Part shown: piece by piece, positions 19,813-28,663 of the stretch
Layout: each line of letters begins with the position of its first letter
Position numbering within the stretch: the first letter of the stretch is position 1
Assembly: GCA_041482115.1 (NCBI GenBank)
Contig: JBGPDC010000003.1
Coordinates: 4,695 to 68,694 of the forward strand
Length of the DNA stretch: 64,000 bases
DNA from: Terriglobia bacterium
Lineage (GTDB): Bacteria; Acidobacteriota; Terriglobia; Bryobacterales; JACQDG01
Direction of reading: 5' to 3'
Program-made: the position numbers and the translations under genes
Notes under the pieces: generated by a model
What the model was told of the DNA's origin: nothing
Database searches by the model: none
The model's input: the letters and a program-made list of their open reading frames with translations, nothing else

Positions 19813-20835
19813 GTGTTCGTTGACGAAACCCGCATTTACGTAAAGGCCGGCGACGGCGGCGACGGCTGCATGGCCTTCCGGCGCGAGAAATTCGTCCCGC
19901 GTGGGGGGCCGAGCGGCGGTGACGGCGGCCGCGGCGGCGACATCATCCTTGAAGCCAGCGAGCGGCACAATACGCTGGTGCATTTCCGCTTCAATCCCGA
20001 GCACAAGGCGGAGCGCGGGCGTCATGGGGAAGGCAGCAACCGCACCGGACGCGAGGGCCAGAGCGCTGTTCTCAAGGTGCCGGTGGGAACCGTGGTCTAC
20101 GACGCCGATACCGGCGAGCTGCTGCATGACTTCTCGCAGCCGGACGAAAGGCTGGTTATCGCCCACGGGGGCCGCGGGGGGCGTGGCAACGCCCGCTTTG
20201 CCACCTCGACCCACCAGGCCCCCCGGGAATTCGAGCGCGGCTTTCCAGGGGAAGAGCGGCGGCTGCGGCTGGAGCTGAAGCTTATGGCCGAGGTGGGGCT
20301 GGTCGGGTTCCCCAACGTGGGGAAATCCACCTTGATCTCCCGGATTTCGGCGGCCCGCCCGAAGATCGCCGACTACCCGTTCACCACCCTCGAGCCGCAC
20401 CTGGGCGTCGTCACGGTGGGGGAGGACGAGAGCTTCGTGGTGGCCGACATCCCCGGGCTGATCGAAGGGGCCCACCAGGGGCATGGGCTGGGGACCCGTT
20501 TTCTGCGCCATATCGAGCGCACCGGACTGCTCGTCCACCTGGTGGACGTGAGCGAGTCGAGCGGCCGCGACCCGGTCGAGGATTTCCAGGTGATCCGGGG
20601 CGAACTGGCCAGTTTTAATCCCCTTCTTGCCGAGAAGCCGGTTCTCGTTGTAGCATCCAAGATTGACGCGGCGCAGACCCCCGAGCGTATCGAAAAACTG
20701 AGACAGCTCTGCCGGGACCGCCATCTGCCGTTCGTGCCGATCTCGGCGGTTACGGGAGCCGGTCTGGACGAGTTGAAGTATCAGATGGCCGAACGGGTGC
20801 GGGAGGCGCGCTTGCTACAGACGGCAAAAGCGTGA
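19813..20835 (+). CDS. obg: GTPase Obg/CgtA
   Basis: [27 protein letters not shown] (Obg fold) plus G-domain motifs [24 protein letters not shown] chose the GTG start at 19813 because Obg proteins normally begin at the (M)FVDE motif. The track ORF starts at 19741, inside the RNA structure. Confidence 0.9.
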   Translation: MFVDETRIYVKAGDGGDGCMAFRREKFVPRGGPSGGDGGRGGDIILEASERHNTLVHFRFNPEHKAERGRHGEGSNRTGREGQSAVLKVPVGTVVYDADTGELLHDFSQPDERLVIAHGGRGGRGNARFATSTHQAPREFERGFPGEERRLRLELKLMAEVGLVGFPNVGKSTLISRISAARPKIADYPFTTLEPHLGVVTVGEDESFVVADIPGLIEGAHQGHGLGTRFLRHIERTGLLVHLVDVSESSGRDPVEDFQVIRGELASFNPLLAEKPVLVVASKIDAAQTPERIEKLRQLCRDRHLPFVPISAVTGAGLDELKYQMAERVREARLLQTAKA

Positions 20836-21551
20836 ACCTGGCGATTTTCGGCGGCACGTTCGATCCCATTCACAACGCGCATTTGGACGTGGCTCGGGCG
20901 GCCCGCCGGGAGTGCTTCCTCGACCGCATTTTCTTCGTGCCGGCCGGCGAGCCGCCCCACAAGCCTGGCCAAAAGACCGCCGACTACGAGCATCGCTACG
21001 AGATGGTGCGGCTGGCCAGCTCCGACCACCCGTCTTTTGAGCCTTCCCGCCTGGAGGAGCCCGGCCGCGACCAGGGACAAAGCTACGCCATCTTTACCAT
21101 CCACCGGGTTGCGGCCCAGCTTACGCGGCACGACCGTCTGTTTTTTCTCATTGGGGCCGATGCGTTCCGGGAGGTCGCTTCCTGGTACCACTGGCGCCGG
21201 GTGGTCAAGGAAGTGGAATTTATCGTCGTCAACCGGCCGGGTTTCGCGGTGGATGAGGCCCTGGTACCGGAAGGGGCCCGGATTCACGTCCTGCGGTCGG
21301 TGAATTCGCCGCTGTCTTCAACCGAGATCCGCCGGCGGCTGGAGGCCGGGCAGAGCATCCGCGGTTTGGTCCCGCCGGCTGTAGCTCGTTATATTTCCAA
21401 GCATCAATTGTACCGTCCGCCCCCGCCGCGACCCCGCCGGCGGCCAGTGAAAGCGAAAGTGAAAGCTAAGGCCCAAGTTAAAGTCAGGGCGAAAGTTAAG
21501 GCGAAAGTTAAGGCTAAGGTCACCCGCTCGAAGCGCCGAAGGCGGAACTGA
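20832..21551 (+). CDS. nadD: Nicotinate-nucleotide adenylyltransferase NadD with a 44-aa Pro/Lys/Ala/Val/Arg-rich C-terminal tail
   Basis: [13 protein letters not shown] (HxGH-type motif), [18 protein letters not shown]. The start overlaps the obg stop (GTGA). Tail: [45 protein letters not shown]. Confidence 0.85.
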   Translation: MNLAIFGGTFDPIHNAHLDVARAARRECFLDRIFFVPAGEPPHKPGQKTADYEHRYEMVRLASSDHPSFEPSRLEEPGRDQGQSYAIFTIHRVAAQLTRHDRLFFLIGADAFREVASWYHWRRVVKEVEFIVVNRPGFAVDEALVPEGARIHVLRSVNSPLSSTEIRRRLEAGQSIRGLVPPAVARYISKHQLYRPPPPRPRRRPVKAKVKAKAQVKVRAKVKAKVKAKVTRSKRRRRN

Positions 21552-21574
21552 GGACTGATAGTACTAGAGCGAGC

Positions 21575-21601
21575 GGGCCTCATTATAGGCCTTGTGCTTT
21601 T
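21575..21601 (+). terminator. Weak intrinsic terminator candidate after nadD
   Basis: GGGCCT-CATTAT-AGGCCT hairpin (5-6 bp) followed by tgtgcttttt. Confidence 0.3.
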
Positions 21602-21661
21602 GCCAGCCGGTCCTTTAACCTTAACCGATAGATTCGGTGGATTATCAGCGAGATAAGGATC

Positions 21662-24600
21662 ATGGGAAGAATCCTCGTGTTTCTCGCCGCCTGTTTTGCG
21701 CTCCAGGCGGCTCCGTTTGGTCAGACCTATCCCCTGCTGGGGGAGTTCAGCGACCTGGCACTCGATGAGGCGCGCTCCGTCGTCTATGCTGCAAACTTCA
21801 CGGCTAACCGCATTGAAGTTTTCTCGACGGCGACCAAAACCTGGCAGACTCCGATTCGAATTGGCATCGTCCCGTCGGCGCTGGCGCTGGCGCCGGATGG
21901 AAGGACCCTGCTGATCCTCAACTTCGGCTCGGAGTCCCTGTTCCAGCTCGATCTCAGCACCCGCGAGCAGCGGCCCGTGGCCATCCCTCCGCCGGCGGTG
22001 GCAACTGGAGTCGCTGACCGTCCGAGAGCCGTGGCCTTTGGATCCGACGGAGCGGCGCTGCTGATCACGACGACGCGCGTGCTCCGCTTCGATCCCATCA
22101 CCGGGGTGATAGACGAACTGTTGGCCAATCTGCGGCCCCTGTTTGGGGATGTCCCGGCGCCGCAGCTCTCCGGCCCCGCCGAAATCGTGAGCGCCAGGAT
22201 GGCAGTGTCCCAGGACGGCAAGACGATTTTTGCGGTCGGCACGCTGAACCCCGGCTTGTATTTCGCGTTCCGGTATTCCGCGCCGACCCGGGATTTTCTG
22301 TTCCGCTGTTCTTCGATCGTGCGTCAGCCGGTGACGTCTGCCTCTATCGCGCCGGACGGGACCCGGTATATGGGCGGGCACGTGCTGCTGACCGAGACGC
22401 TGAATCCGGTGCTGGCGCAGCCCCAGATGCGCGTGCTGGCCGACTTTACGCCCACCGGCGTGCTGCCTATCCAGGAGCCTCCGGCGGTGCCCACCGCGCC
22501 GCCGCCCAACACCCCGGCGCCGCGCCCGGCGGCCGTGATCGGCGGCTCCGTCTTCAGCCCCGACGGGAAGACCATTTACGCCAGCCTGGTCGACACGCCC
22601 GGCTCGAACGAGGCGCCGCTGCTCTACGTGCTGGATGCGGACAACCTGACGATTCGGCAGCGGATCCGCCTGCCGGAACGGCTGACCGGCAAGATGATCT
22701 CGGACGCGGCCGGCCGCACGCTATACGCGGTGTCGGAAGGCGGACTGACGGCGATTCCGGTGAGCACTCTCTCCGCGGCGGCCTTGATCGCGGTGAGCGC
22801 CGACACGCTGGCCTTCCGTTTCGACGCGTGCAGCAAGCTGCCGGCTACCGCTACCTTCGATATCGTGCATACCGGGGGCGCGAGCGTCGATTTCACCCTC
22901 TCGAGCAGCATGCCGGGTCTGGGCTTTTCACCGACGCGCGGCACCACCCCGGCGCGCATCACCGTCAGCTTCGACCCGGATCAACTTTTCAATGTGCAGG
23001 GCACGGCGGTGGGGCTGATTACGATCACCAGCAACGCCAGCGTGAATCTCATCGACCCGGTCCGCGTGCTGGCTAACCTGCGCGACACCGACCAGCGCGG
23101 CACCGTCTTCGTCCAGAGCGGCCAGTTGCGCGACATCCAGATCGACGAGCGCCGCCAGCGCTTTTACATCCTGGACGCGACTCGCAACCGCTTGCTGGTT
23201 TTTGGACTGAACGATTTCGCCCTGCAGCGCGAGGTGCGCACCGGACACTTCCCCTTACAGATGGCGCTCGCCCCGGACCAGAAAACGCTGCTGGTCACCA
23301 ACGCCCAGAGCGAAACGATCTCCCGCATCAATCTCGACACGCTCCAGCAGGACGGCGTGGTCTATTGCCCGTGCAGCAACTATCCGCGCTCGATTGCCGT
23401 TTCGACCAATGCGACGCTGGTTACCACGGCCGTCGACCGGGCGCTGGTGCTGCAGACGGCGGACAATAAACAGGTCACGGTAACCGTCACCGAAGGACGC
23501 ATGAACCGGGTGCTCCTCGATCGCGGGGAAGCCATCCAGCCCACCGCCATGGGCGTGTTCCAAAACAAGCTCTCGGCCCGGAGCCTGCTCACCGCCACGC
23601 CGAGCGGCGCGCGGATTCTGATCGCAGAGGATGTCGCCGCCGATGGCAGTGTCAGCGGGGTGGCCAAGGTCTACGATGCGGACGCCGACACGTTTGTCTC
23701 CGCTCGCGCCATTTCCGCGAAGGCCCTCAAGGGCGGAGCGGCCGCGAACGATACCGGCCTCTACAGCGCCGGCGCCGTGATTCTCGGTTCCTCGCTCACA
23801 CCCCTGGCCGAGTTCCAGGACGCTCCTAACGAGCACAACAGCCTGGTGTTCTTCGGCTCGCAAATGGTGCGGACGATGAAACCGGCGACCGGCAGCGGAC
23901 CGGGTCTGATCTCCCGCGTGGATACCTCCACGCTGCGCTCTATCCGGCCGGTGAAGCTGACCGAGTCGCCCTTGAACCTGCTGGGGGATCAGCCGCTGCG
24001 GCGCACCCTGGCGGCGACGAACGACGGCCGTACCTTCATCACGCTATCGTCCTCGGGCTTTGAAGTGGTTCCGGGCAATTTTGACGCCTTCATACCTCCG
24101 GCTGTGATTCGCTCGGTGACCAATGCTGCCACCTTCAACCCGCCGGTGGCTCCCGGTTCTCTAATTTCCATCTTCGGAGACGGCCTGGCATCTTTGATGA
24201 CCAAAGCCGGCGTCGTGCCGCTGCCGACCTTCCTCGCCGATACGTGCCTCACGGTGAACAACCGGCCGGTCCCGCTGCTGTTCCTTTCGCCGGGCCAGAT
24301 CAACGCGCAGCTTCCCTTCGAGATCACCGGAGCGGCGACGCTGGTGGTGCACAGCCCGGGTGGCGTCAGCGACGCGTTCCAGTTCCAGGTGCCCGACACG
24401 GCGCCGGCCTTGTTCAGTTCCAATTTTGGCGACCAGGCCAACCCGCCGATTCCGATCATTTTCCGCGCGTTCAATCAGGAGCCGGTGACACTGTCGAATC
24501 CTGTACGTCGCGGCGACGTGCTGACCATGTTCGGCAATGGCTTCGGCCGGGTGACCCCGGCGCTGGCATCGGGAGCGGCGGCTCCGCTCGATGCCTTGCT

Positions 24601-24814
24601 GAGCACCCAGATCACCCCCACGATCACGATCGGGGGGGCGTCGGCCACGGTGCTGTTTTCCGGCCTGGCGCCGGGCTTCGTGGGTCTCAATCAGTTGAAC
24701 ATACAGGTCCCGCTGGATGCGCCGCTGGGCTTCAACGTGCCGCTGGTAATCACCGCCGGCACTCTGAATTTCCAGGTCATCCTGCCGCGCGTGGCGGCCG
24801 TGATCGAGCCATAA
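21662..24814 (+). CDS. Large secreted beta-propeller-repeat protein with Solibacter-type (TIGR03437-like) C-terminal Ig-like tandem domain
   Basis: Signal peptide MGRILVFLAACFALQAAP. Repeated YVTN-like units (e.g. RSVVYAANFTANRIEVFS, DGRTLLILN, DGKTIYASL, RFYILDATRNRLLVF, DQKTLLVTN). The C-terminus (...VTNAATFNPPVAPGSLISIFGDGLA...LFLSPGQINAQLPFEI... and ...VLFSGLAPGFVGLNQLNIQVP...) matches the pattern I recall for TIGR03437. Confidence 0.7.
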   Translation: MGRILVFLAACFALQAAPFGQTYPLLGEFSDLALDEARSVVYAANFTANRIEVFSTATKTWQTPIRIGIVPSALALAPDGRTLLILNFGSESLFQLDLSTREQRPVAIPPPAVATGVADRPRAVAFGSDGAALLITTTRVLRFDPITGVIDELLANLRPLFGDVPAPQLSGPAEIVSARMAVSQDGKTIFAVGTLNPGLYFAFRYSAPTRDFLFRCSSIVRQPVTSASIAPDGTRYMGGHVLLTETLNPVLAQPQMRVLADFTPTGVLPIQEPPAVPTAPPPNTPAPRPAAVIGGSVFSPDGKTIYASLVDTPGSNEAPLLYVLDADNLTIRQRIRLPERLTGKMISDAAGRTLYAVSEGGLTAIPVSTLSAAALIAVSADTLAFRFDACSKLPATATFDIVHTGGASVDFTLSSSMPGLGFSPTRGTTPARITVSFDPDQLFNVQGTAVGLITITSNASVNLIDPVRVLANLRDTDQRGTVFVQSGQLRDIQIDERRQRFYILDATRNRLLVFGLNDFALQREVRTGHFPLQMALAPDQKTLLVTNAQSETISRINLDTLQQDGVVYCPCSNYPRSIAVSTNATLVTTAVDRALVLQTADNKQVTVTVTEGRMNRVLLDRGEAIQPTAMGVFQNKLSARSLLTATPSGARILIAEDVAADGSVSGVAKVYDADADTFVSARAISAKALKGGAAANDTGLYSAGAVILGSSLTPLAEFQDAPNEHNSLVFFGSQMVRTMKPATGSGPGLISRVDTSTLRSIRPVKLTESPLNLLGDQPLRRTLAATNDGRTFITLSSSGFEVVPGNFDAFIPPAVIRSVTNAATFNPPVAPGSLISIFGDGLASLMTKAGVVPLPTFLADTCLTVNNRPVPLLFLSPGQINAQLPFEITGAATLVVHSPGGVSDAFQFQVPDTAPALFSSNFGDQANPPIPIIFRAFNQEPVTLSNPVRRGDVLTMFGNGFGRVTPALASGAAAPLDALLSTQITPTITIGGASATVLFSGLAPGFVGLNQLNIQVPLDAPLGFNVPLVITAGTLNFQVILPRVAAVIEP

Positions 24815-24830
24815 CGTCCAGGAGTGTTAC

Positions 24831-25487
24831 ATGCGGATTGTTGCAGTGGTGGTGCTGCTTTGTGGCGTGACGAGCGCCGTTTGGGCTCAGACCCGGGACC
24901 GGTGGGAGGTCAGCGGCCAAGCCGGCGTGAGCCTCTACAACGACATCAAAGCCACGGGCACCAGCCCTACCCGGGCCGCCAACGCCGGCTTCTTTGACGG
25001 CGTGGCGGTGGGCGCCATCTGGACCCAAAACGGCGGCCACCACTGGGGCGGCGAATTCCACTATTTATTTCAGACCAACAATATGCGTCTCAAGGGCGCG
25101 GACAGCACCACCGGCCAGGCCGATTTCGGAGCCCAGTCCCACAGCTTCCATTACGATGCGGTGCTCTACTTCACCGACCGCGAGGCGCGCGTCCGGCCCT
25201 TCATCGCGGGGGGACCCGGCCTCAAGGTCTACCAGGCTACCGGTCAGGAGCGCGCGTTCCGTCCGCTGGATACGATCGTGGTCTTTTCCCACGATAATCA
25301 AGTCAAGTTCATGGCTTCCGGGGGCGGCGGAGTCAAGGTACGGGTGGGACGCAACACCCTGCTGCGGTTCGATTTCCGGGATTATGTGACGGGGATTCCG
25401 AAGGGATTCGTGACCTTTCCGGGCGTCAAGTTCGGCGGCCAGTTCCACAACCTGGTGGGGACCGCCGGCCTGGGGATCACGTTCTAG
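24831..25487 (+). CDS. Small outer-membrane beta-barrel protein (OmpA-like/OMP_b-brl type)
   Basis: Signal peptide ...SAVWAQ, alternating strand pattern, C-terminal ...GTAGLGITF. Confidence 0.65.
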   Translation: MRIVAVVVLLCGVTSAVWAQTRDRWEVSGQAGVSLYNDIKATGTSPTRAANAGFFDGVAVGAIWTQNGGHHWGGEFHYLFQTNNMRLKGADSTTGQADFGAQSHSFHYDAVLYFTDREARVRPFIAGGPGLKVYQATGQERAFRPLDTIVVFSHDNQVKFMASGGGGVKVRVGRNTLLRFDFRDYVTGIPKGFVTFPGVKFGGQFHNLVGTAGLGITF

Positions 25488-25499
25488 GCGGTCTTTTTT

Positions 25500-25808
25500 C
25501 TAGGCGGTCTTCGCCAGGATCATACAAACCAGGTTCCACACCACCACGCCGCTGTAGCCCAGGTTCGCCAGCTTCATCACCCGTTCCTTGTGGTGATGCA
25601 CTGCAATAATCGCGATGATAACCGTGCCCAGCTTGGCCAGGAGAATGCCCACCAGCGGGCTCCAGCGGATCAGGGCCGCCACCAGCCAGCTCGCCTCGAA
25701 GAGTCCCATCTTCAAGAACAGGAGGGTGGTAAGAAGATCCAGCAATTGCAGATAAACAAACAAGGCAAGTGGTCCGCTGGCCCAGCCCCAACTCCGAATA
25801 GTGTCCAT
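25500..25808 (-). CDS. Small 3-4 TM membrane protein (DUF5658-like)
   Basis: 102 aa, hydrophobic. The YLQLLDLLTT motif resembles DUF5658. Confidence 0.45.
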   Translation of the reverse strand: MDTIRSWGWASGPLALFVYLQLLDLLTTLLFLKMGLFEASWLVAALIRWSPLVGILLAKLGTVIIAIIAVHHHKERVMKLANLGYSGVVVWNLVCMILAKTA

Positions 25809-25970
25809 GGTTCCAGGATACGGAAGGGGCCTTCTCGGGCCAATTGGGGCTTCGCTCTAACCCGGTAAGTTTTCTCTTGTAGAGGGGCTTCCAAGCATCG
25901 CCTTAGAAAGGGGGTCGGAAGGTCATACGACTCATGCTATGATTCCCTATCACCTTGGTTCGGTAACGGC

Positions 25971-27899
25971 GTGGAATACGAGCCTTTCAGCCACGTACTG
26001 TTGGAACAGCGAAGGGGGAGCCGCGCGTTTCTGGCCTCCAGTTCCACGCATGTCAACCTGGTGCTGGTGCTGGTCTTCTGGCGGTTCATCAGCCCGGCGC
26101 CCGACCTGAATTTTCGCCCTAAGGTATACGAAACAAGGATCATACGGTACGAAGTGCCGGAGCCGCTGCTGTTCGCCGGCGCGGGACGTGCCGGGGGCGC
26201 GGGCGGCGGACAGGGCGGCCGCGCCGGAGCCTCGGGCGGCCAGAGCGGCGGGGGCGGGCAGTTGCGTCCGCCGAAGCTGACGATAGAGATCCCGCGGATG
26301 CCAGGCCTGAGCCTGCCCGGACCAGCCGCCCCGAAGGCTCCCGAAGCGGCGGCGCAGGCCCCCGCCCCGGGGCCACCGAAGCCGACCTTCGAGCTGCCGC
26401 AGTCCAAGCCTACGCCGCATCGCGACCTGATCATCCAGCCGGAATTCTCGCCGGACACGGCGATCGCGGGCCGGCCGCAACTGCCGAATCTGTTCCTGTG
26501 GTCGCAGCGGGAAATCAAGCCGCTCGAACGGCAGTTGCGGACCTTCACTCCCGGCGAGCCGGTGCGCCAGCAGCAGCCGCGTCCGCAAGCCTTGCCCGAC
26601 GCGCCGCCGAAGCTGGAGCTCCCCAACCAGGAAGTGCAGGTCACGGATTTGAAGGTGGCCGAGGTCACCACCAAGGTCGAGAAACCGAAGCTGCCGGTTT
26701 TTGCCGCGACCACGTCGCCGGTGCGGCTGCCACGGCGGAATCTCGACGCGCCTTCCGAGATCCCCGGCATGGCGCTGCCGCCCAAGGGTGAGCCGGTGAA
26801 CCTTCTGGCGATCATGGACCGGCTCGCTCCGCCCTCGTCGAGTTACGCGGTCGAGGCGGGGAACCGTTTCCCGTCGCCGGAGCCCGGCGGCGGAGGCGGA
26901 GAGAACGGGACCGGAATGGCCGCGGGTGGGGCGGGCAACGCGGCGGCCGGCGCGGGAAGCGGAACAGGCTCCCAACCGGGCGCGGCCGGCGCGGGCGCCG
27001 GTGGCGCGGGAGCAGCCGGAGGCGGGGCGCGGGCCGGAACTGGAGCCGGAGCCGGGACGGGCGGCGGCACGGGCAGTGGCGCGGGCGCCGGAACAGGCCC
27101 TGGGACTGGTGCGGGCACCGGCGCCGGCAGCGGCAGCGGAAGTGGCCGCGGCGCGGGATCGGGGACCGGCGGCAGCGGTAGCGGCAGTGGCGCGGGAGCG
27201 AGCGGTCCCGGCACGGGAGCCGGACGGCCGGGCTTGGGTGCAGGCGGCGGAAGCGGAAACGGCGCGGGCGCCGGAGGCAGCGGGGCTGGGCTCGGCGCGG
27301 GATCCGGGACGGGGGCGGGCGGGCGAGGCTCGGGTTCCGGCTCGCGGCCCGGCGGGCAGGGGAGCGCGGTCGATATCGGCGGACTGAGCATCGCCGGCGG
27401 AGGCATCGCCATCCGCACGGAGTCTCCCAACACGTCTACCTTCGACGTTGTGGTGGTGAACCCCAACGCCGGGGAGATGCTGCCGGAGAGCGCCGGCGTC
27501 CTGAGCGGCCAGCCGGTCTATACGGTCTATCTCACGGTGCCGGGCTCGCCGCGCGAGTGGATCCTGCAATTCGCCGTGCCGCACGCGCGCGAGCCGGTGG
27601 AGCAGCGCACCACGACCTCCGTTCGGATCGGGGCGGCGGCGCCGGTGCGGCCGCCGTTTCCGCTCCGCAAGCCCAACCTGCAACTGGGACCGGAAGCGGC
27701 CGGGGCCACCGGCCGCATCGTGATTTTCGGCAACATCAACGTCAAGGGAACTCTCGAAGAGCTGCGCGTGATTCGCAGCGTGCGCAGCGAAATCGATCAA
27801 GCGGTAATCACCTGCCTGAAGCAGTTTCAGTTCCGTCCGGCAGTGCGCGACGGCGCGCCGGTGCTGGTGGAAGCGCTGTTCGGAATTCCTCTGAACTGA
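25971..27899 (+). CDS. TonB-like energy-transducer family protein with Pro-rich and very long Gly-rich low-complexity spacers
   Basis: N-terminal TM segment (VNLVLVLVFWRFI). Pro-rich region (PGPAAPKAPEAAAQAPAPGPPKP...). About 160 aa of G/A/S/T repeats. C-terminal TonB-C-like module (...AVITCLKQFQFRPAVRDGAPVLVEALFGIPL). Confidence 0.6.
   Translation: MEYEPFSHVLLEQRRGSRAFLASSSTHVNLVLVLVFWRFISPAPDLNFRPKVYETRIIRYEVPEPLLFAGAGRAGGAGGGQGGRAGASGGQSGGGGQLRPPKLTIEIPRMPGLSLPGPAAPKAPEAAAQAPAPGPPKPTFELPQSKPTPHRDLIIQPEFSPDTAIAGRPQLPNLFLWSQREIKPLERQLRTFTPGEPVRQQQPRPQALPDAPPKLELPNQEVQVTDLKVAEVTTKVEKPKLPVFAATTSPVRLPRRNLDAPSEIPGMALPPKGEPVNLLAIMDRLAPPSSSYAVEAGNRFPSPEPGGGGGENGTGMAAGGAGNAAAGAGSGTGSQPGAAGAGAGGAGAAGGGARAGTGAGAGTGGGTGSGAGAGTGPGTGAGTGAGSGSGSGRGAGSGTGGSGSGSGAGASGPGTGAGRPGLGAGGGSGNGAGAGGSGAGLGAGSGTGAGGRGSGSGSRPGGQGSAVDIGGLSIAGGGIAIRTESPNTSTFDVVVVNPNAGEMLPESAGVLSGQPVYTVYLTVPGSPREWILQFAVPHAREPVEQRTTTSVRIGAAAPVRPPFPLRKPNLQLGPEAAGATGRIVIFGNINVKGTLEELRVIRSVRSEIDQAVITCLKQFQFRPAVRDGAPVLVEALFGIPLN
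26886..27366 (+). repeat. Gly-rich low-complexity coding repeat (GxG/GSG/GTG units) inside the TonB-like gene
   Basis: The DNA is dominated by ggc/gga/ggg-gcg/gcc-(a/t)cc triplets. Translation: GGGGENGTGMAAGGAGNAAAGAGSGTGS...GSGSGSGRGAGSGTGGSGSGSGAGASGPGTGAG...GSGSRPGGQGS. Confidence 0.8.
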
Positions 27900-28094
27900 G
27901 GCGCCCGGGACCTTTCGAAGGCCTGCGAAGAGAACTTTTCAAATTCCAGGCAGGCTATCCGGCAGTACCTTAAGTACCGTTGAGTCGAAGTGTTAGTTTG
28001 TAGGTCCGCATTTTGGCCGAAATATAAGAAACTGTTGCGTGAGGTACGTATAGAACTACTAAGTGCTCTATTAATTAGCTGCCGTCTCGTTCTA

Positions 28095-28123
28095 TTGACC
28101 GCTTACGAAAAACCGTTTAGATT
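28095..28123 (+). promoter_or_regulatory. Sigma70-like promoter candidate for the tad operon, inside an AT-rich island
   Basis: TTGACC (28095-28100), 17-nt spacer, TAGATT (28118-28123). Lies in the low-GC stretch at about 27900-28165, upstream of tadE. Confidence 0.3.
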
Positions 28124-28209
28124 CTTCTTAGTCGTCACAGGATCGCCGCGCTCATCTGGCGGGACTCTTGCGCCCGGATACTGCTGTCCTGGCGACTCGG
28201 AGGTATGTC

Positions 28210-28653
28210 TTGCGCACGCCGCGATTGCCGTTGTTTTGTAAGCGTCGCGGGCAGGCTCTGATCGAGGCAAGCCTGATGATGCCCATGCTGTTCTTCCTGT
28301 TTTTGGGTATGACGAATTTCGGGTTTTATATTTACGCGTTCATCGAGGTGGGCAACGCGGCGCGTGTGGCGGCGCAATTTACGGCGAACGGGCTAGGTGG
28401 CAACCAGGCAGCAGCGTGCCAGGCGGCCCTTCGCGAACTCAAGAGTATGCCGAACGTGTATACCTTAGCTGACAACTATGCGTGCGGCGCCAATCCCCTA
28501 ACCGTGACGGTGGTGCCCCCGACCGACCCGGACCCGGGGGTAAGCAAGACGTGGGTGCAGGTCAGTTACCAGACGATCAAGTTGTTTCCGCTGCCTTTCA
28601 TGTCGGGGCAGATGATCATCAACCGCCATGCGGTCATGCGGACCATGAACTAA
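28210..28653 (+). CDS. tadE: TadE-like pseudopilin 1
   Basis: ...KRRGQALIEASLMMPMLFFLFLG is the TadE/TadG N-terminal motif (G followed by xxxxE plus a hydrophobic helix). TTG at 28210 lies 6 nt after GGAGG. The track start at 28168 is an alternative. Confidence 0.75.
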   Translation: MRTPRLPLFCKRRGQALIEASLMMPMLFFLFLGMTNFGFYIYAFIEVGNAARVAAQFTANGLGGNQAAACQAALRELKSMPNVYTLADNYACGANPLTVTVVPPTDPDPGVSKTWVQVSYQTIKLFPLPFMSGQMIINRHAVMRTMN

Positions 28654-28663
28654 GTCAAGGGCG

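Noticed and set aside
25500-25808. Small membrane protein considered as the missing prepilin peptidase TadV
   Set aside because: It is too small (102 aa) and is not in the tad operon. I could not see the two conserved Asp-containing motifs of A24 peptidases. It is better described as DUF5658-like.
26886-27366. Repetitive DNA considered as a possible CRISPR array or non-coding satellite
   Set aside because: There is no repeat-spacer periodicity. It is a triplet-phased Gly-rich coding repeat, in frame with flanking TonB-like sequence.
25950-27800. 616-aa minus-strand ORF opposite the TonB-like gene (and the 207-aa Pro-rich ORF at 26843-27466)
   Set aside because: This is the antisense reading of a Gly-rich repeat, which gives Pro/Ala/Arg-rich pseudo-protein. 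The plus-strand frame has a TM anchor and a TonB-C-like end.
27990-28241. 83-aa ORF in the AT-rich island upstream of tadE
   Set aside because: Its composition and codon usage are unlike neighbouring genes. It has no Shine-Dalgarno sequence or motif and overlaps the predicted tadE start. I treated it as promoter DNA.
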